DNA of 64,000 nucleotides from Phycisphaeraceae bacterium (lineage in GTDB: Bacteria > Planctomycetota > Phycisphaerae > Phycisphaerales > Phycisphaeraceae): assembly GCA_963674705.1 (NCBI GenBank), contig OY771506.1, forward strand, positions 4,672,001 through 4,736,000, in the 5' to 3' direction. The notes beneath the pieces are model-generated. The model was not told the DNA's origin, did no database searches, and saw nothing but the letters and a program-made list of their open reading frames with translations. Positions 40,028 to 50,029 of this stretch are shown piece by piece. Position numbers and translations under genes: made by a program. Each line of letters begins with the position of its first letter. The first letter of the stretch is position 1.

Positions 40028-41620
40028 TCAGAACTCCAGTTTGCGCCTCGGCTCGTGTGCGGTCTTGACGTCGCGCAGCGATGCGAAACGCGCTCTTCCT
40101 TCCGCCCAGGCACGAAGCTTCGCAACGTTCTCACTCATAGTCCGCGACAATGGCACGGTCTCCTTAAGGCTTTTCAACAAAGTGTTGGTGTCAATATCGT
40201 GATCCACATAAAACGCCTCATAAAGAGCACTGATCACGGCCTGCTCCAGTTCTGCTCCGCTGAACCCGTCGCTGGCGTCGACCAGCATGTCCAAATCAAA
40301 ATCAGTTGCATCACGGCCGCGGCGATTGATGTGGATCTCCAGGATCCTTCGTCGCTCTTCCATATTGGGTAGGTCAACAAAGAAAATCTCATCGAGCCTT
40401 CCTTTGCGCAATAGTTCAGGCGGTAAGCGGCTGATGTCGTTGGCTGTAGCGATCACGAACACCGGCTTGGTCTTTTCGCTAAGCCATGTGAGGAACGTAC
40501 TCATGACACGTGAGGTCGTCCCGCCATCGCTACCGCCTGAATCTTGAGCACCGGAAAATGCCTTGTCTATCTCGTCGGCCCACAGGACGACAGGGGCAAT
40601 GCTCTCCGCCACAGCAATCGCCCGACGGATGTTCTCTTCGGACGATCCAACAAGGCTCGAAAACATCCGACCCATATCAAATCGCAGCAGCGGCATCCGC
40701 CAAAGATTACTGACCGCTTTAGCACATAAGCTTTTGCCACATCCCTGCACACCAACGAGTAAGGCGCCGCGCGGTGCCGGGAGTCCAAACTGCCTGGCAC
40801 GATCGGTGAAAGCAATCGATCGCTTCTCCAACCAGTCCTTGAGTGTCTCAAGCCCGCCGACTTCACCAAGATTTGTATCAGTATCACAATACTCCAGCAG
40901 GCCGTTCTTGCGTATGATCTGCCGCTTTTCCGAGAAAACGATAGAGATGTCGTCTGCATCCAGCTTGCCATCGTTCACGATCGTCTTGGCAAAAACATTC
41001 TCTGCTTCTTGCAAGGTGAGGCCCATCGCTGCCTGAACGAGTTTCTCACGGCTGCTGTCGTCGATGTTCAACTCGAGTTCGGAGTTCTCCGATACGTCCC
41101 GTGCGATCCGTTCGAGAAGGATCGTAAAATCATCCGGTCCGGGCAGCGGGTAATCCAGAACGGTGATGTCTTTCTCCAGGTCCGGCGCAATATCAATAAC
41201 GGGAGCAGTAATAATCAGCGTCTTGTAGCTGTCCGTCAGTGCATTGGACACTTCACGCAACTTACGCACGACCGCAGCGTTATTGGCTGCCCCCGATGTG
41301 AATCGATGCAGGTCCTTGAAAAGGTAGATGGCAGGCTGCTTATTCTCAATGACGGTGTCTAGCGCCTCCACCGGGTCCGCAACTTGCCCCTTGCGCGCAG
41401 ACCTCTTTGCACCTCGCTCTTGCAAGCCGGAGGTCAGTGTCCATGTGAACAGGTCTTTGCTCCGCGATTGGGCGATGATGGAAACGTGATCTTCAACACG
41501 CTGCTCCTCCCACGTCACCACGTAGATGATCGGGTATCGGGCCCGGATCAATGTTTCAAGTTCGTCGGGGGGAGGTTGTTTGGTTGCCGCCACACTTACT
41601 TGTTCAGTATGAGGTTTCAT
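40028..41620 (-). CDS. Ycf46-like AAA+ ATPase
   Basis: LIRARYPIIYVVTWEEQR, FKDLH, EKRQIIRKNGLLEY, GVQGCGKS, LWADEIDK, LPPELLRKGRLDEIFFVDLP. Confidence 0.9.
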   Translation of the reverse strand: MKPHTEQVSVAATKQPPPDELETLIRARYPIIYVVTWEEQRVEDHVSIIAQSRSKDLFTWTLTSGLQERGAKRSARKGQVADPVEALDTVIENKQPAIYLFKDLHRFTSGAANNAAVVRKLREVSNALTDSYKTLIITAPVIDIAPDLEKDITVLDYPLPGPDDFTILLERIARDVSENSELELNIDDSSREKLVQAAMGLTLQEAENVFAKTIVNDGKLDADDISIVFSEKRQIIRKNGLLEYCDTDTNLGEVGGLETLKDWLEKRSIAFTDRARQFGLPAPRGALLVGVQGCGKSLCAKAVSNLWRMPLLRFDMGRMFSSLVGSSEENIRRAIAVAESIAPVVLWADEIDKAFSGAQDSGGSDGGTTSRVMSTFLTWLSEKTKPVFVIATANDISRLPPELLRKGRLDEIFFVDLPNMEERRRILEIHINRRGRDATDFDLDMLVDASDGFSGAELEQAVISALYEAFYVDHDIDTNTLLKSLKETVPLSRTMSENVAKLRAWAEGRARFASLRDVKTAHEPRRKLEF

Positions 41621-41817
41621 TGTGTTTTCTCCGGCAAGTGATCCGCAGCTTGCAACCGTTGGCGTAGAACTTCATCGTTGGGACAGAGCTGGCAAATGAT
41701 CGGCAGCAGGTCAGGCGTCAGATCATGCAGAAATACTCGACCATCTGAAGCCAGCCTGATCGTGACCGACTGCCCGTCGTCCACATTATTCCGATCGCGA
41801 CTATTCACTGTACGCAT
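41617..41817 (-). CDS. Small hypothetical protein (66 aa)
   Basis: ATG 41817 with GGAG RBS; overlaps both neighbours. Confidence 0.6.
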   Translation of the reverse strand: MRTVNSRDRNNVDDGQSVTIRLASDGRVFLHDLTPDLLPIICQLCPNDEVLRQRLQAADHLPEKTQ

Positions 41818-42673
41818 GAACGGCTCCATGTCTGGTATGCAAACCCAACGAACAAACCCAGGATGTTGCCTCTTCCAACTCATCGATGTTGCAGGTACGC
41901 CCCATCTGAGGGTCCGCTACTGCACGCCACGCAGGTAGGTACCCCGGCATCAGCTCAAACACCGCCTCTGGAAGGTTCGCCGCCACCCATTCCGCCACCG
42001 GTTTAAAACAGCAATCCAGATGGCCCGGCATCAACAGGTGCCGGATGAACAAGTCACCACGTTCTGCGACGATCCGTAAGTTCCGTGTGAGCACATGCGT
42101 GTAACGGTCGACGCCGGCAATACGCTTCGCGCAATCATCCCTACCGAACTTGAAGTCCACGAGGTATATCCGTACCACCGGCTCAAGCAGGTCCAGCGTT
42201 TGAGGTGTGATGTAAAGATTGGTCTTCAGTGCGATCGGCAGTTGTCGGTCCGACGCAGCGGCTAGCTCAAGGATCGTGTGGGGATGCAGTGCCGGTTCGC
42301 CCCCGATAAGCGTGATCGTCTTCGCGCCGTACTTCACAGCATCGGTGATCTCTTGTGATAAAGCTCGGGGATTGATAAGCTCGCCACGGCATGGATCGAA
42401 ACATTGCGGCGCCTGAATACAGAACCGACACCGCATATTGCATCCGCTTAGGTAGACCATGTAAGCGGGCAGCAGTTCGACTTCTTCGGCGAGACTCAGA
42501 TGACGTTTGTAGGTGTAACTGTCCGCACCGAGTCCACACGGCCCAACCTCGCCGCGCAGTCTGTTTGCCCCGCAACGCAACTCGCAGACTTCACAAGACG
42601 CCAGGGCCGACTTTGCACGTTCGACCAGAACGCACAAGTGGCGTCGATCCGTTTGTATGCGCGTCGTAGGCAA
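41801..42673 (-). CDS. PflX-like radical SAM protein
   Basis: N-terminal CEVCELRCGANR..G.CG; SGCNMRCRFC (CxxxCxxC); IGGEP, DFKFG, IRHLLMPGHLDCC. Confidence 0.88.
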   Translation of the reverse strand: MPTTRIQTDRRHLCVLVERAKSALASCEVCELRCGANRLRGEVGPCGLGADSYTYKRHLSLAEEVELLPAYMVYLSGCNMRCRFCIQAPQCFDPCRGELINPRALSQEITDAVKYGAKTITLIGGEPALHPHTILELAAASDRQLPIALKTNLYITPQTLDLLEPVVRIYLVDFKFGRDDCAKRIAGVDRYTHVLTRNLRIVAERGDLFIRHLLMPGHLDCCFKPVAEWVAANLPEAVFELMPGYLPAWRAVADPQMGRTCNIDELEEATSWVCSLGLHTRHGAVHAYSE

Positions 42674-43115
42674 GACTGGCTCCGTGTGATCCTTAAAGAA
42701 CCGTCTACTACCTATATGACGTAGACGTCACGGGGCCGTTTCAGAAATTGATCTGACTTGATCTATCGTACGAATCAGTACGCAAAATGGCACATGAAGC
42801 GCTTATTCAGCCGGCATCACACATGATTTTTATATGTACCAACCCCTGAAGGGCTTAATCTTATCAGGCAAACACCCATGATACGCGTAATTCTCTTTAT
42901 ACAAGCAACTTAGCTCACCATGCGATATGGCGCTCTTTCGCAATGGGTCTTGTTCTCACGCCATAGGAACGATGGCCAACCTGCCAGCTGGACCAGATTG
43001 ACGAAATAAGATCATCTTGTCCTCGTTATGCTTGTAAGTGTTATCTCGATTGCATGCTGTGTTTACAAATATTGTCCAGACAATTGGTTAGGCACGCCAT
43101 CCAGATGGAGTTGTT

Positions 43116-44666
43116 ATGCGCGCCCTGCACTACGTGGTTATCACAATGATATTGGTTATGGCCTCATGCGCCACACTGTCAGGCAGCACCTCTCAACCAA
43201 TTGCTCCCTATGAACAATCGTCTGAGTTTGAGCCGGCCAATCACATCGATGAGATTGTGCTTGAATCACTGACAGCATCTGATCTGGAACCCGCGGGATT
43301 ATGCAGTGACGCCGTCTTTGTTCGTCGTGTCTACCTGGACGTCATCGGGAAACTGCCGAAACCAAATGAAGTCAGATCGTTTACTCGAGACAAAAGACTC
43401 GACAAGCGTGCTCGACTGATCGACAAACTGCTGGAAAGAGATGAGTTCGCCGACTACTGGTCGATGAAGTGGTGCGACGTGCTGCGTGTCAAGGCCGAAC
43501 ACCCGATTAATCTCTGGCCGAATGGGGTGCAGGTGTATCACCGTTGGGTGTATCACAGCATCGCGAACAACAAGCCATACGATCAATTTGCCCGTGAACT
43601 ATTGACAAGCAGCGGCAGCAACTTCCGTGTTCCGCAGGTCAACTTCTACCGGGCGATCCAAGGGGAGTCTCCATCCTCGATCGCAGCAGCGGTAGGGCTG
43701 ACATTTATGGATCAGCGTATCGAGGACTGGTCCGATGATGATCGCACTGATATGGAGGTGTTCTTCTCATACGTGGCCTATAAACCGACTGCGGAATGGA
43801 AAGAACAGATTATCTACCTTGATCCAACGCCCCGGCCGGTGATCGACGCAGTGTTGCCGGATGGATCCCATGTGCGTATCGAACCGGATACTGATCCGCG
43901 ACAGGTGTTCGCAGATTGGTTAATCCGTCCTGGTAACAAACAGTTTACTGCCACGATCGGTAATCGTGTATGGACTTGGCTGATGGGACAGAGCATCTGT
44001 CAGGATTCACCAGCAAGTCAGCCGGCACTACTGGCGTACCTGCAGAAGGAACTGATCAAAACTCACTATGACTTGAAGCACCTGTATCGGCTGATACTCA
44101 ATTCTCGAACATATCAGCAGTCATCGATTCCACGCAATGAAGATCCACATGCTGCTGAACACTTCGCGGCCTATCCAGTGCGCCGCCTTGAGGCTGAAGT
44201 ACTGATCGATGCGCTCGTGGAGTTGTTTGGTCCGGCGGAGAGTTATGAAAGCCCGATACCGGAGCCGTTCACATATGTTCCTGAGTCGGAACCGACAGTA
44301 TCGCTGGCAGACGGCAGCATCACCAGCCCATTCCTGGAACAGTTCGGCCGACCATCACGCGACACGGGCCTCTTGACCGAACGTAGTAACGAATCGACCG
44401 TCCAGCAACGGCTGCACATGCTCAACTCCTCGCACATCCAGAAAAAGATTGAAAGCAGTTGGCGCCTGAATCAACTGATGACTCGTGAACGCGGCAACCG
44501 AGGGAGGTTGGTCAACGAGTTGTACCTGATGACCTTGTCACGCTCCCCGACCGATGCGGAGAAAGCCGCCGCCAAATCGTATCTAAATGATGGAGATCTC
44601 AGGCAAGGCGTAAATGACCTGGCATGGGCACTGATCAATAGCAAAGAGTTTCTCTACCGGCATTGA
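43116..44666 (+). CDS. DUF1549/DUF1553 domain protein
   Basis: NHIDEIV, DAVFVRRVYLDVIGKLP, NKPYDQFARELLT, LILNSRTYQQSS, RRLEAEVLIDAL, DLAWALINSKEF. Confidence 0.9.
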   Translation: MRALHYVVITMILVMASCATLSGSTSQPIAPYEQSSEFEPANHIDEIVLESLTASDLEPAGLCSDAVFVRRVYLDVIGKLPKPNEVRSFTRDKRLDKRARLIDKLLERDEFADYWSMKWCDVLRVKAEHPINLWPNGVQVYHRWVYHSIANNKPYDQFARELLTSSGSNFRVPQVNFYRAIQGESPSSIAAAVGLTFMDQRIEDWSDDDRTDMEVFFSYVAYKPTAEWKEQIIYLDPTPRPVIDAVLPDGSHVRIEPDTDPRQVFADWLIRPGNKQFTATIGNRVWTWLMGQSICQDSPASQPALLAYLQKELIKTHYDLKHLYRLILNSRTYQQSSIPRNEDPHAAEHFAAYPVRRLEAEVLIDALVELFGPAESYESPIPEPFTYVPESEPTVSLADGSITSPFLEQFGRPSRDTGLLTERSNESTVQQRLHMLNSSHIQKKIESSWRLNQLMTRERGNRGRLVNELYLMTLSRSPTDAEKAAAKSYLNDGDLRQGVNDLAWALINSKEFLYRH

Positions 44667-44696
44667 CCACCGCCTCTTGCCGCAGGAGTGGATGAT

Positions 44697-46049
44697 ATGA
44701 AACCAAGCATACAAAACCACTGGATTACACGCCGTGAGGCGTTAAAGGTGGGTATCGCCGGCGCGGCTTCACTGGCATTGGGTGCCCATGAACATCTTAT
44801 CGCTGCGCCCGCAGCAACTGCATTATCATCTTCAAATGCGATGGCCAAGTCAGTGATCCAAATCTGGATGTGGGGTGGACCATCACACCTTGATACGTTC
44901 GATCCTAAGCCCGATGCAGGACGTGATTACACAGGCCCACTAGATAAACCTATCAAAACAAATGTAGATGGCATCCAGATCGGCCAACTTCTGCCGGAAT
45001 TAGCCAAGCAAGCGGACAAATACTCGATCATCCGCAGCATGACCCATGGGATCAACGCTCATGAGACCGCATCATACCTGATGCAGACAGGTCGGATGCC
45101 TGATCGGATCAGTTACCCGAGTGTGGGAGCAGTTGTATCGAAGTTTCGCGGCTATGACGCAGGATATAACGGGCCGATTGCACCATACGTTGTCCTGACT
45201 GAACCGCAGGGCAGATTCTCAGAAGCAGGCTGCCTGGGGCAGAAGTATAAGCCGTTTGCAACTGGTGGTGATCCGAATCGCAATCGGTTTGTCGTTGAAG
45301 GAATCATAGCAGAGGGTATCAGTGATGAGCGTCAATCTGCTCGCCGTCAGCTGATGCACGATCTTGACACCCTTGGCAAGGTGATGCAAGACGAGCCACA
45401 GTTTCAAAAGCATGATGAAACCGAGCAACAAGCCTACGACACAATGTTCGGCAAGGCGAGAGAGGTGTTCGACCTATCCAGTGTGGATAAGGCGCTGCGC
45501 GATCGCTACGGCCGCAATACGTTCGGTCAATCGTGTCTGATGGCTAGACGGTTGGTTGAGGTCGGTGTTCCTTACATCACCATCAATTACAAAGGCTGGG
45601 ACACACACAAACAACATTTCCAGTTGATGCAAAGAAAACTGCCGGAGATGGATGCGGCCATGGCTACGCTGCTGAGTGACCTGAGCGAGCGTGGTCTGCT
45701 CGATAGCACAATCGTCTGGTGGGGTGGAGAATTCGGCCGCACGCCGAAGGTGCTATGGGAGCCGCCGTGGAACGGTGGACGGGGCCACTTCGGCCAATGT
45801 TTTTCTGTGGTTGTCGCCGGTGGTGGATTTGTCGGCGGGCATGTAGTCGGCGCCTCCAATGCCAAAGGCGATGATGTTGCCGAACGCCCCGTGTATCCGA
45901 TCGACCTGATCGGCAGCATGTACGAACTACTTGGTATTGATACCACAGGCTCCTTAACGAATCCGCTCAATCTCGATCTGAACATACTTCCAGAAGTCAG
46001 TGGCAACGTGAAGTCAGCCGGTCGGCTGAAGGAGATCATGTCGATATGA
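44697..46049 (+). CDS. Tat-exported DUF1501 protein
   Basis: ITRREALK, WMWGGPSHLDTFDPKP, YGRNTFGQSCLMARRLVEVGV, WDTH, GEFGRTP. Confidence 0.92.
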   Translation: MKPSIQNHWITRREALKVGIAGAASLALGAHEHLIAAPAATALSSSNAMAKSVIQIWMWGGPSHLDTFDPKPDAGRDYTGPLDKPIKTNVDGIQIGQLLPELAKQADKYSIIRSMTHGINAHETASYLMQTGRMPDRISYPSVGAVVSKFRGYDAGYNGPIAPYVVLTEPQGRFSEAGCLGQKYKPFATGGDPNRNRFVVEGIIAEGISDERQSARRQLMHDLDTLGKVMQDEPQFQKHDETEQQAYDTMFGKAREVFDLSSVDKALRDRYGRNTFGQSCLMARRLVEVGVPYITINYKGWDTHKQHFQLMQRKLPEMDAAMATLLSDLSERGLLDSTIVWWGGEFGRTPKVLWEPPWNGGRGHFGQCFSVVVAGGGFVGGHVVGASNAKGDDVAERPVYPIDLIGSMYELLGIDTTGSLTNPLNLDLNILPEVSGNVKSAGRLKEIMSI

Positions 46050-48412
46050 CCCGCGCCGCCCCACTGTTTATGTTGTTTTTCGTTTTGTTCACAGCGGCTC
46101 CGACCTTGGCCCAAGAGGGAAAGCGTGATCCTGGCATCGGGTATCTATATCCAGCCGGTGCCCAGCGAGGCACCACCGTTCGCGTGCTGGTTGGCGGGCA
46201 GTTCTTGCGGAGTTCGGAATCGGTATATGTCAGCGGAGAAGGTGTCAGCGGTAAAGTGGTGGAACATTATCCACCATTGCGCAATATCGATAAGGAGCAA
46301 CGTGCCGTATTACTCAGCCGTATGGCTGATTGTGCCCAAGTGAGATGGGATGAACTTGTCGAATTGGGTCTGGTCAAAGGAAAGCCGCCTTGGAACCTTA
46401 CCCGTAAGCCGTCTGTGAATTCCGAAGACGCCAAACCAGTAGAACTGCCCAGGCATTTTCTGTTGAACGACTGGGAACAAATGTCGCTAAGACAATTGGC
46501 ATCCATCCGCGACCGGCTAACTGATCGTAGCATGCAACAGCTTAACACTCAGATCGCTGAGACAGTGCTGGTCGAATTGACCATCGATGCCGACGCTGTC
46601 CCGGGCGATCGTGAATTGCGCCTTAGGGGAGGCATGGGCTTGACCAACCCAATGTTATTCCAGATTGGTCAATTGCCTGAGGTGCAAGAGGTCGAATCGA
46701 ATGATCCTCGTGAATGGGATCCACTGCCACCCGAACCCCCCGTTGATCTGCCAGTAGTAATCAACGGGCAGGTGCTTCCGGGTGATGTCGATCGCTTGCG
46801 TTTTCACGCCGAGGCGGGCCAATCCCTGGTGATCATAGTGCAGGCGCGTCACTTGGTTCCTTTCCTCGCGGATGCGGTCCCCGGTTGGTTCCAGCCGGTT
46901 GTCACGTTATATGATGTGAATGGCCAGGAGCTGGCTTTCGCAGACGACTACTTCTTCGATCCCGATCCTGTAATTCATTTTGACGTACCTGCAACCGGTG
47001 TATACACGCTTGAGATCTGTGATGCGATCTACCGCGGCCGAGAGGACTTCATCTACCGGATTAGTATCGGCGAGTTACCTTTCATTACTTCCATGTACCC
47101 GCTGGTTGGTAGTACCAATGAATCAACATCCACGACAATCAAAGGATGGAACCTGCCTTCCGATGTTTTAGCTTTACCTGGTCAGCCTGTAGGTGTTTAC
47201 ACAGTTTCATTAGACCACCCATTGGGTCTGAGCAATCCAATGATGTACATTGTCGATGATGCACCTGTTCAGCACGAGGATGAACCTGATAATCCGACAA
47301 ATGCAGTACAGAAGTGCGAATTACCACTACTTATTGAAGGACGCATTAATTCACCCGGCGATGTGGATATCTATAGATTTGAAGGACTAGCTGGCCAGCA
47401 TCTGGTAGCGGAAGTGATCGCACGCAGGCTTCATTCACCACTCGACTCGCTGTTACGTGTGACTGATTCTCAAGGTAAGACTATCGCCTGGAATGACGAC
47501 TGCACCGATAAACGAGGTTATTTGCACCGTGGTTATGGTGTATTGACTCACCAGGCCGACTCTCGTCTCGAGGTCGAGTTGCCTGAAAACGGTATTTACG
47601 ATGTATCTGTCACGGATGCAACGTGTCACGGCGGTCCGGCTTATGGTTACCAACTCCGAATCGGCCCTCCCGAGCCGGACTTCGAACTATACATCGGCCC
47701 ATCGTCGGTTAACGTGATCACCGGTCACTCCACACCGTTGACGGTGCATGTCCTGCGCCGCGATGGATTCGACGGTCCGATCGAATTGCAACTCGTGGAA
47801 CCACCAGCGGGTTTTACACTCGACGAGGCTACCGTTCCCTCCGGTGTCGATTGCATTCGCGTCACTCTGACAGCGCCAACAGAGCGTATCATCAAACCAT
47901 TCGAATTGAATATCCAGGGCCAAGCCGTAATCGAGGGTTCTACGATCACAAAAACAGCAATGACGGTCGACGACGTTATGCAGGCGTTCCTCTGGCGTCA
48001 TCTGGTTCCGACCAGGCAGATGCTCGTATCCAATAACGGACGGCGGCGATCACCTACGCCGCCAAGGCGCATTGGCGATAATCGAATACAAGTACCAGCC
48101 GGCGGTTCGGCAACTGTATCTTTCCGGGCTGAACTGCCTCGCAATCCCAATAACATTCATCTTGATCTAAATGAACCGCCGGACGGGCTTTCGATCGGTC
48201 CGGTTCGAATCAATAACGATCAAATCAGTTTTGATCTCTTCGCTACCAACGAGGTGAACGTTGGAATAACAGACAATCTGATTATCGACCTTTCGATGCA
48301 CTTAACCAGGAAGGAGAAAGACGGAACGGAGCGATCGATACAACAGCCGCTTGGCTCGCTTCCGGCTGTTCCTTTTGTGATTGTGGAGCGACCCACTCAT
48401 GAATCCGACTAA
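46046..48412 (+). CDS. Secreted PPC (pre-peptidase C-terminal) repeat protein of DUF1501 modules
   Basis: YLYPAGAQRGTTV, EVESND, INGQVLPGDVD, GDVDIYRF, SPLDSLLRV. Confidence 0.8.
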   Translation: MTRAAPLFMLFFVLFTAAPTLAQEGKRDPGIGYLYPAGAQRGTTVRVLVGGQFLRSSESVYVSGEGVSGKVVEHYPPLRNIDKEQRAVLLSRMADCAQVRWDELVELGLVKGKPPWNLTRKPSVNSEDAKPVELPRHFLLNDWEQMSLRQLASIRDRLTDRSMQQLNTQIAETVLVELTIDADAVPGDRELRLRGGMGLTNPMLFQIGQLPEVQEVESNDPREWDPLPPEPPVDLPVVINGQVLPGDVDRLRFHAEAGQSLVIIVQARHLVPFLADAVPGWFQPVVTLYDVNGQELAFADDYFFDPDPVIHFDVPATGVYTLEICDAIYRGREDFIYRISIGELPFITSMYPLVGSTNESTSTTIKGWNLPSDVLALPGQPVGVYTVSLDHPLGLSNPMMYIVDDAPVQHEDEPDNPTNAVQKCELPLLIEGRINSPGDVDIYRFEGLAGQHLVAEVIARRLHSPLDSLLRVTDSQGKTIAWNDDCTDKRGYLHRGYGVLTHQADSRLEVELPENGIYDVSVTDATCHGGPAYGYQLRIGPPEPDFELYIGPSSVNVITGHSTPLTVHVLRRDGFDGPIELQLVEPPAGFTLDEATVPSGVDCIRVTLTAPTERIIKPFELNIQGQAVIEGSTITKTAMTVDDVMQAFLWRHLVPTRQMLVSNNGRRRSPTPPRRIGDNRIQVPAGGSATVSFRAELPRNPNNIHLDLNEPPDGLSIGPVRINNDQISFDLFATNEVNVGITDNLIIDLSMHLTRKEKDGTERSIQQPLGSLPAVPFVIVERPTHESD

Positions 48413-49616
48413 CATGATCGAACAGAATTCAACGAGCATGAAGTGTCGCCGAATTGATTGCACGGACCTGCCTGTGTGTGTAAGGATGTCGTTGTTCAAG
48501 GCTGATTCGGATGTCACAGAGATCCACTTGTCGGCCGCGCCAACCGCGCCGGGTGATATCGGAGAGCAACTCAGTTGGCTCAACGATGCGTACCACGCAG
48601 CCTTAGACGCGATCGATTGCGACACGCGATCGGCCGTGTTCCGCAGACTTTTTTGCAGCGATCCAGCCAACCAATATGACGAAGTAATCGCCGATCCACT
48701 GGGACAAACCGGCTATAAGGATCAAGCCTGCGCCGTCAGTATTGTTGGCCAATCACCCGCACCACCAGCCAAAGTCGCTCTATTAGCCTACCACGTGCAT
48801 GATCCAGCAGAACATCTTGTCAAGTCTCACGACGGATCAGCGCTGACTTTGCGACGCGGCCGTCTTAAACACCACTGGACCACGGGGATGTCCGCCCCCA
48901 CTGAAGTCGACTCACGCCAACAATCTCGTAGTATTTTGACCGATTACGAGCGTTATCTTCAAGCCAGTCAAATGTCCCTGGCAGACAATACCATACGTAC
49001 CTGGCTTTTCCTCCGAGACATCGATGTTAATTACCAGGGTATGGTACAGGCACGCAGAAAGCTTTTTAATGAACAAGGTCTCAATGCAGACACTCACTAT
49101 ATCGCCAGCACAGGCATCGGCGGTCTCAACCCTGACCACCATGCTCTGGTGACCATGGACGCATGGTCAGTTGCAGGCTTAGACCCAAGCCAGGTCCGCT
49201 ATCTCAAGGCCGGTGACCATCTCAGTGCGACAGATGTGTACGGTGTCACGTTTGAGCGTGGAACGGTAGTCTCATACCGTGATCGAGAACACATAATCAT
49301 TTCAGGCACCGCAAGCATTGACCAACACGGCCAAATCATGCATCCCGGCAACATATACCGCCAACTCAACCAAACGATGAACAATATCATGGCCCTGCTC
49401 AATGAAGCCGGTGCAAGCACTTGCGATGTGGCATATTGGATCGTCTATCTGAGAGATGTCTCTGACTTGACAACGCTTAATGGTCAAATACATAAATGGC
49501 TTGGTAATGCACCGATGGTCCTTGTGCAGGCGCCTGTCTGCCGCCCGGGCTGGCTCATAGAAATAGAGTGTCTGGCTATCTCCCCTGCTCATCTGCCTGA
49601 TCTGCCAAACTACTGA
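48399..49616 (+). CDS. Long Rid/YjgF-family (chorismatase-like) protein
   Basis: IRTWLFLRDIDVNY, HYIASTGIGG, YGVTFERG, ISGTASID, VYLRD, APVCRPGWLIEIE. Confidence 0.82.
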   Translation: MNPTNMIEQNSTSMKCRRIDCTDLPVCVRMSLFKADSDVTEIHLSAAPTAPGDIGEQLSWLNDAYHAALDAIDCDTRSAVFRRLFCSDPANQYDEVIADPLGQTGYKDQACAVSIVGQSPAPPAKVALLAYHVHDPAEHLVKSHDGSALTLRRGRLKHHWTTGMSAPTEVDSRQQSRSILTDYERYLQASQMSLADNTIRTWLFLRDIDVNYQGMVQARRKLFNEQGLNADTHYIASTGIGGLNPDHHALVTMDAWSVAGLDPSQVRYLKAGDHLSATDVYGVTFERGTVVSYRDREHIIISGTASIDQHGQIMHPGNIYRQLNQTMNNIMALLNEAGASTCDVAYWIVYLRDVSDLTTLNGQIHKWLGNAPMVLVQAPVCRPGWLIEIECLAISPAHLPDLPNY

Positions 49617-49933
49617 TTGTGAAAATAGCCATAGCCCTGCAAGATATTCATTAGCCAACGAGTTTCACAAATGCATGCGACTGTCAGCCGATAGCCTTGG
49701 TTGGATACCGCGAATACTCTTCTTGAAGAATGACATAACGACGACAACCTCGCTACTGCTGTAAAGTGCGATCCGGCTGTTGCACCAGGTCACTATCGCG
49801 AGATTAACTCACTCGGGTTACTACACTTCCACGCCATCAGTATCTCTTACTGATGGCATGGCCTGTTCGTAGTGATTCACGTGATACCGTATCAAGTTCT
49901 TGTGTGATTCATTCGGAATTAAGGTGCACATCC

Positions 49934-49961
49934 TTGACAATTGAATGACTTGATTTATACT
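49934..49961 (+). promoter_or_regulatory. Sigma70-type promoter
   Basis: TTGACA-16 bp-TATACT, conserved in copy 2. Confidence 0.6.
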
Positions 49962-50029
49962 GGCCGGTGGTGAAAGTGCATATGCGGCTGCCACAGGCAG
50001 CCATAATCAAGTCAATCGGAGGAAGTCCC

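Noticed and set aside
36290..42720. AAA+/PilT operon as a mobile element
   Set aside because: No integrase, transposase, tRNA target or flanking direct repeats seen; only the PEP-CTERM stub hints at a rearrangement.
42788..42803. Possible sigma54 promoter TGGCACATGAAGCGCT before the DUF1553 operon
   Set aside because: GG-N10-GC spacing fits, but the -12 context is poor, it is over 300 bp from the gene and no activator is adjacent.
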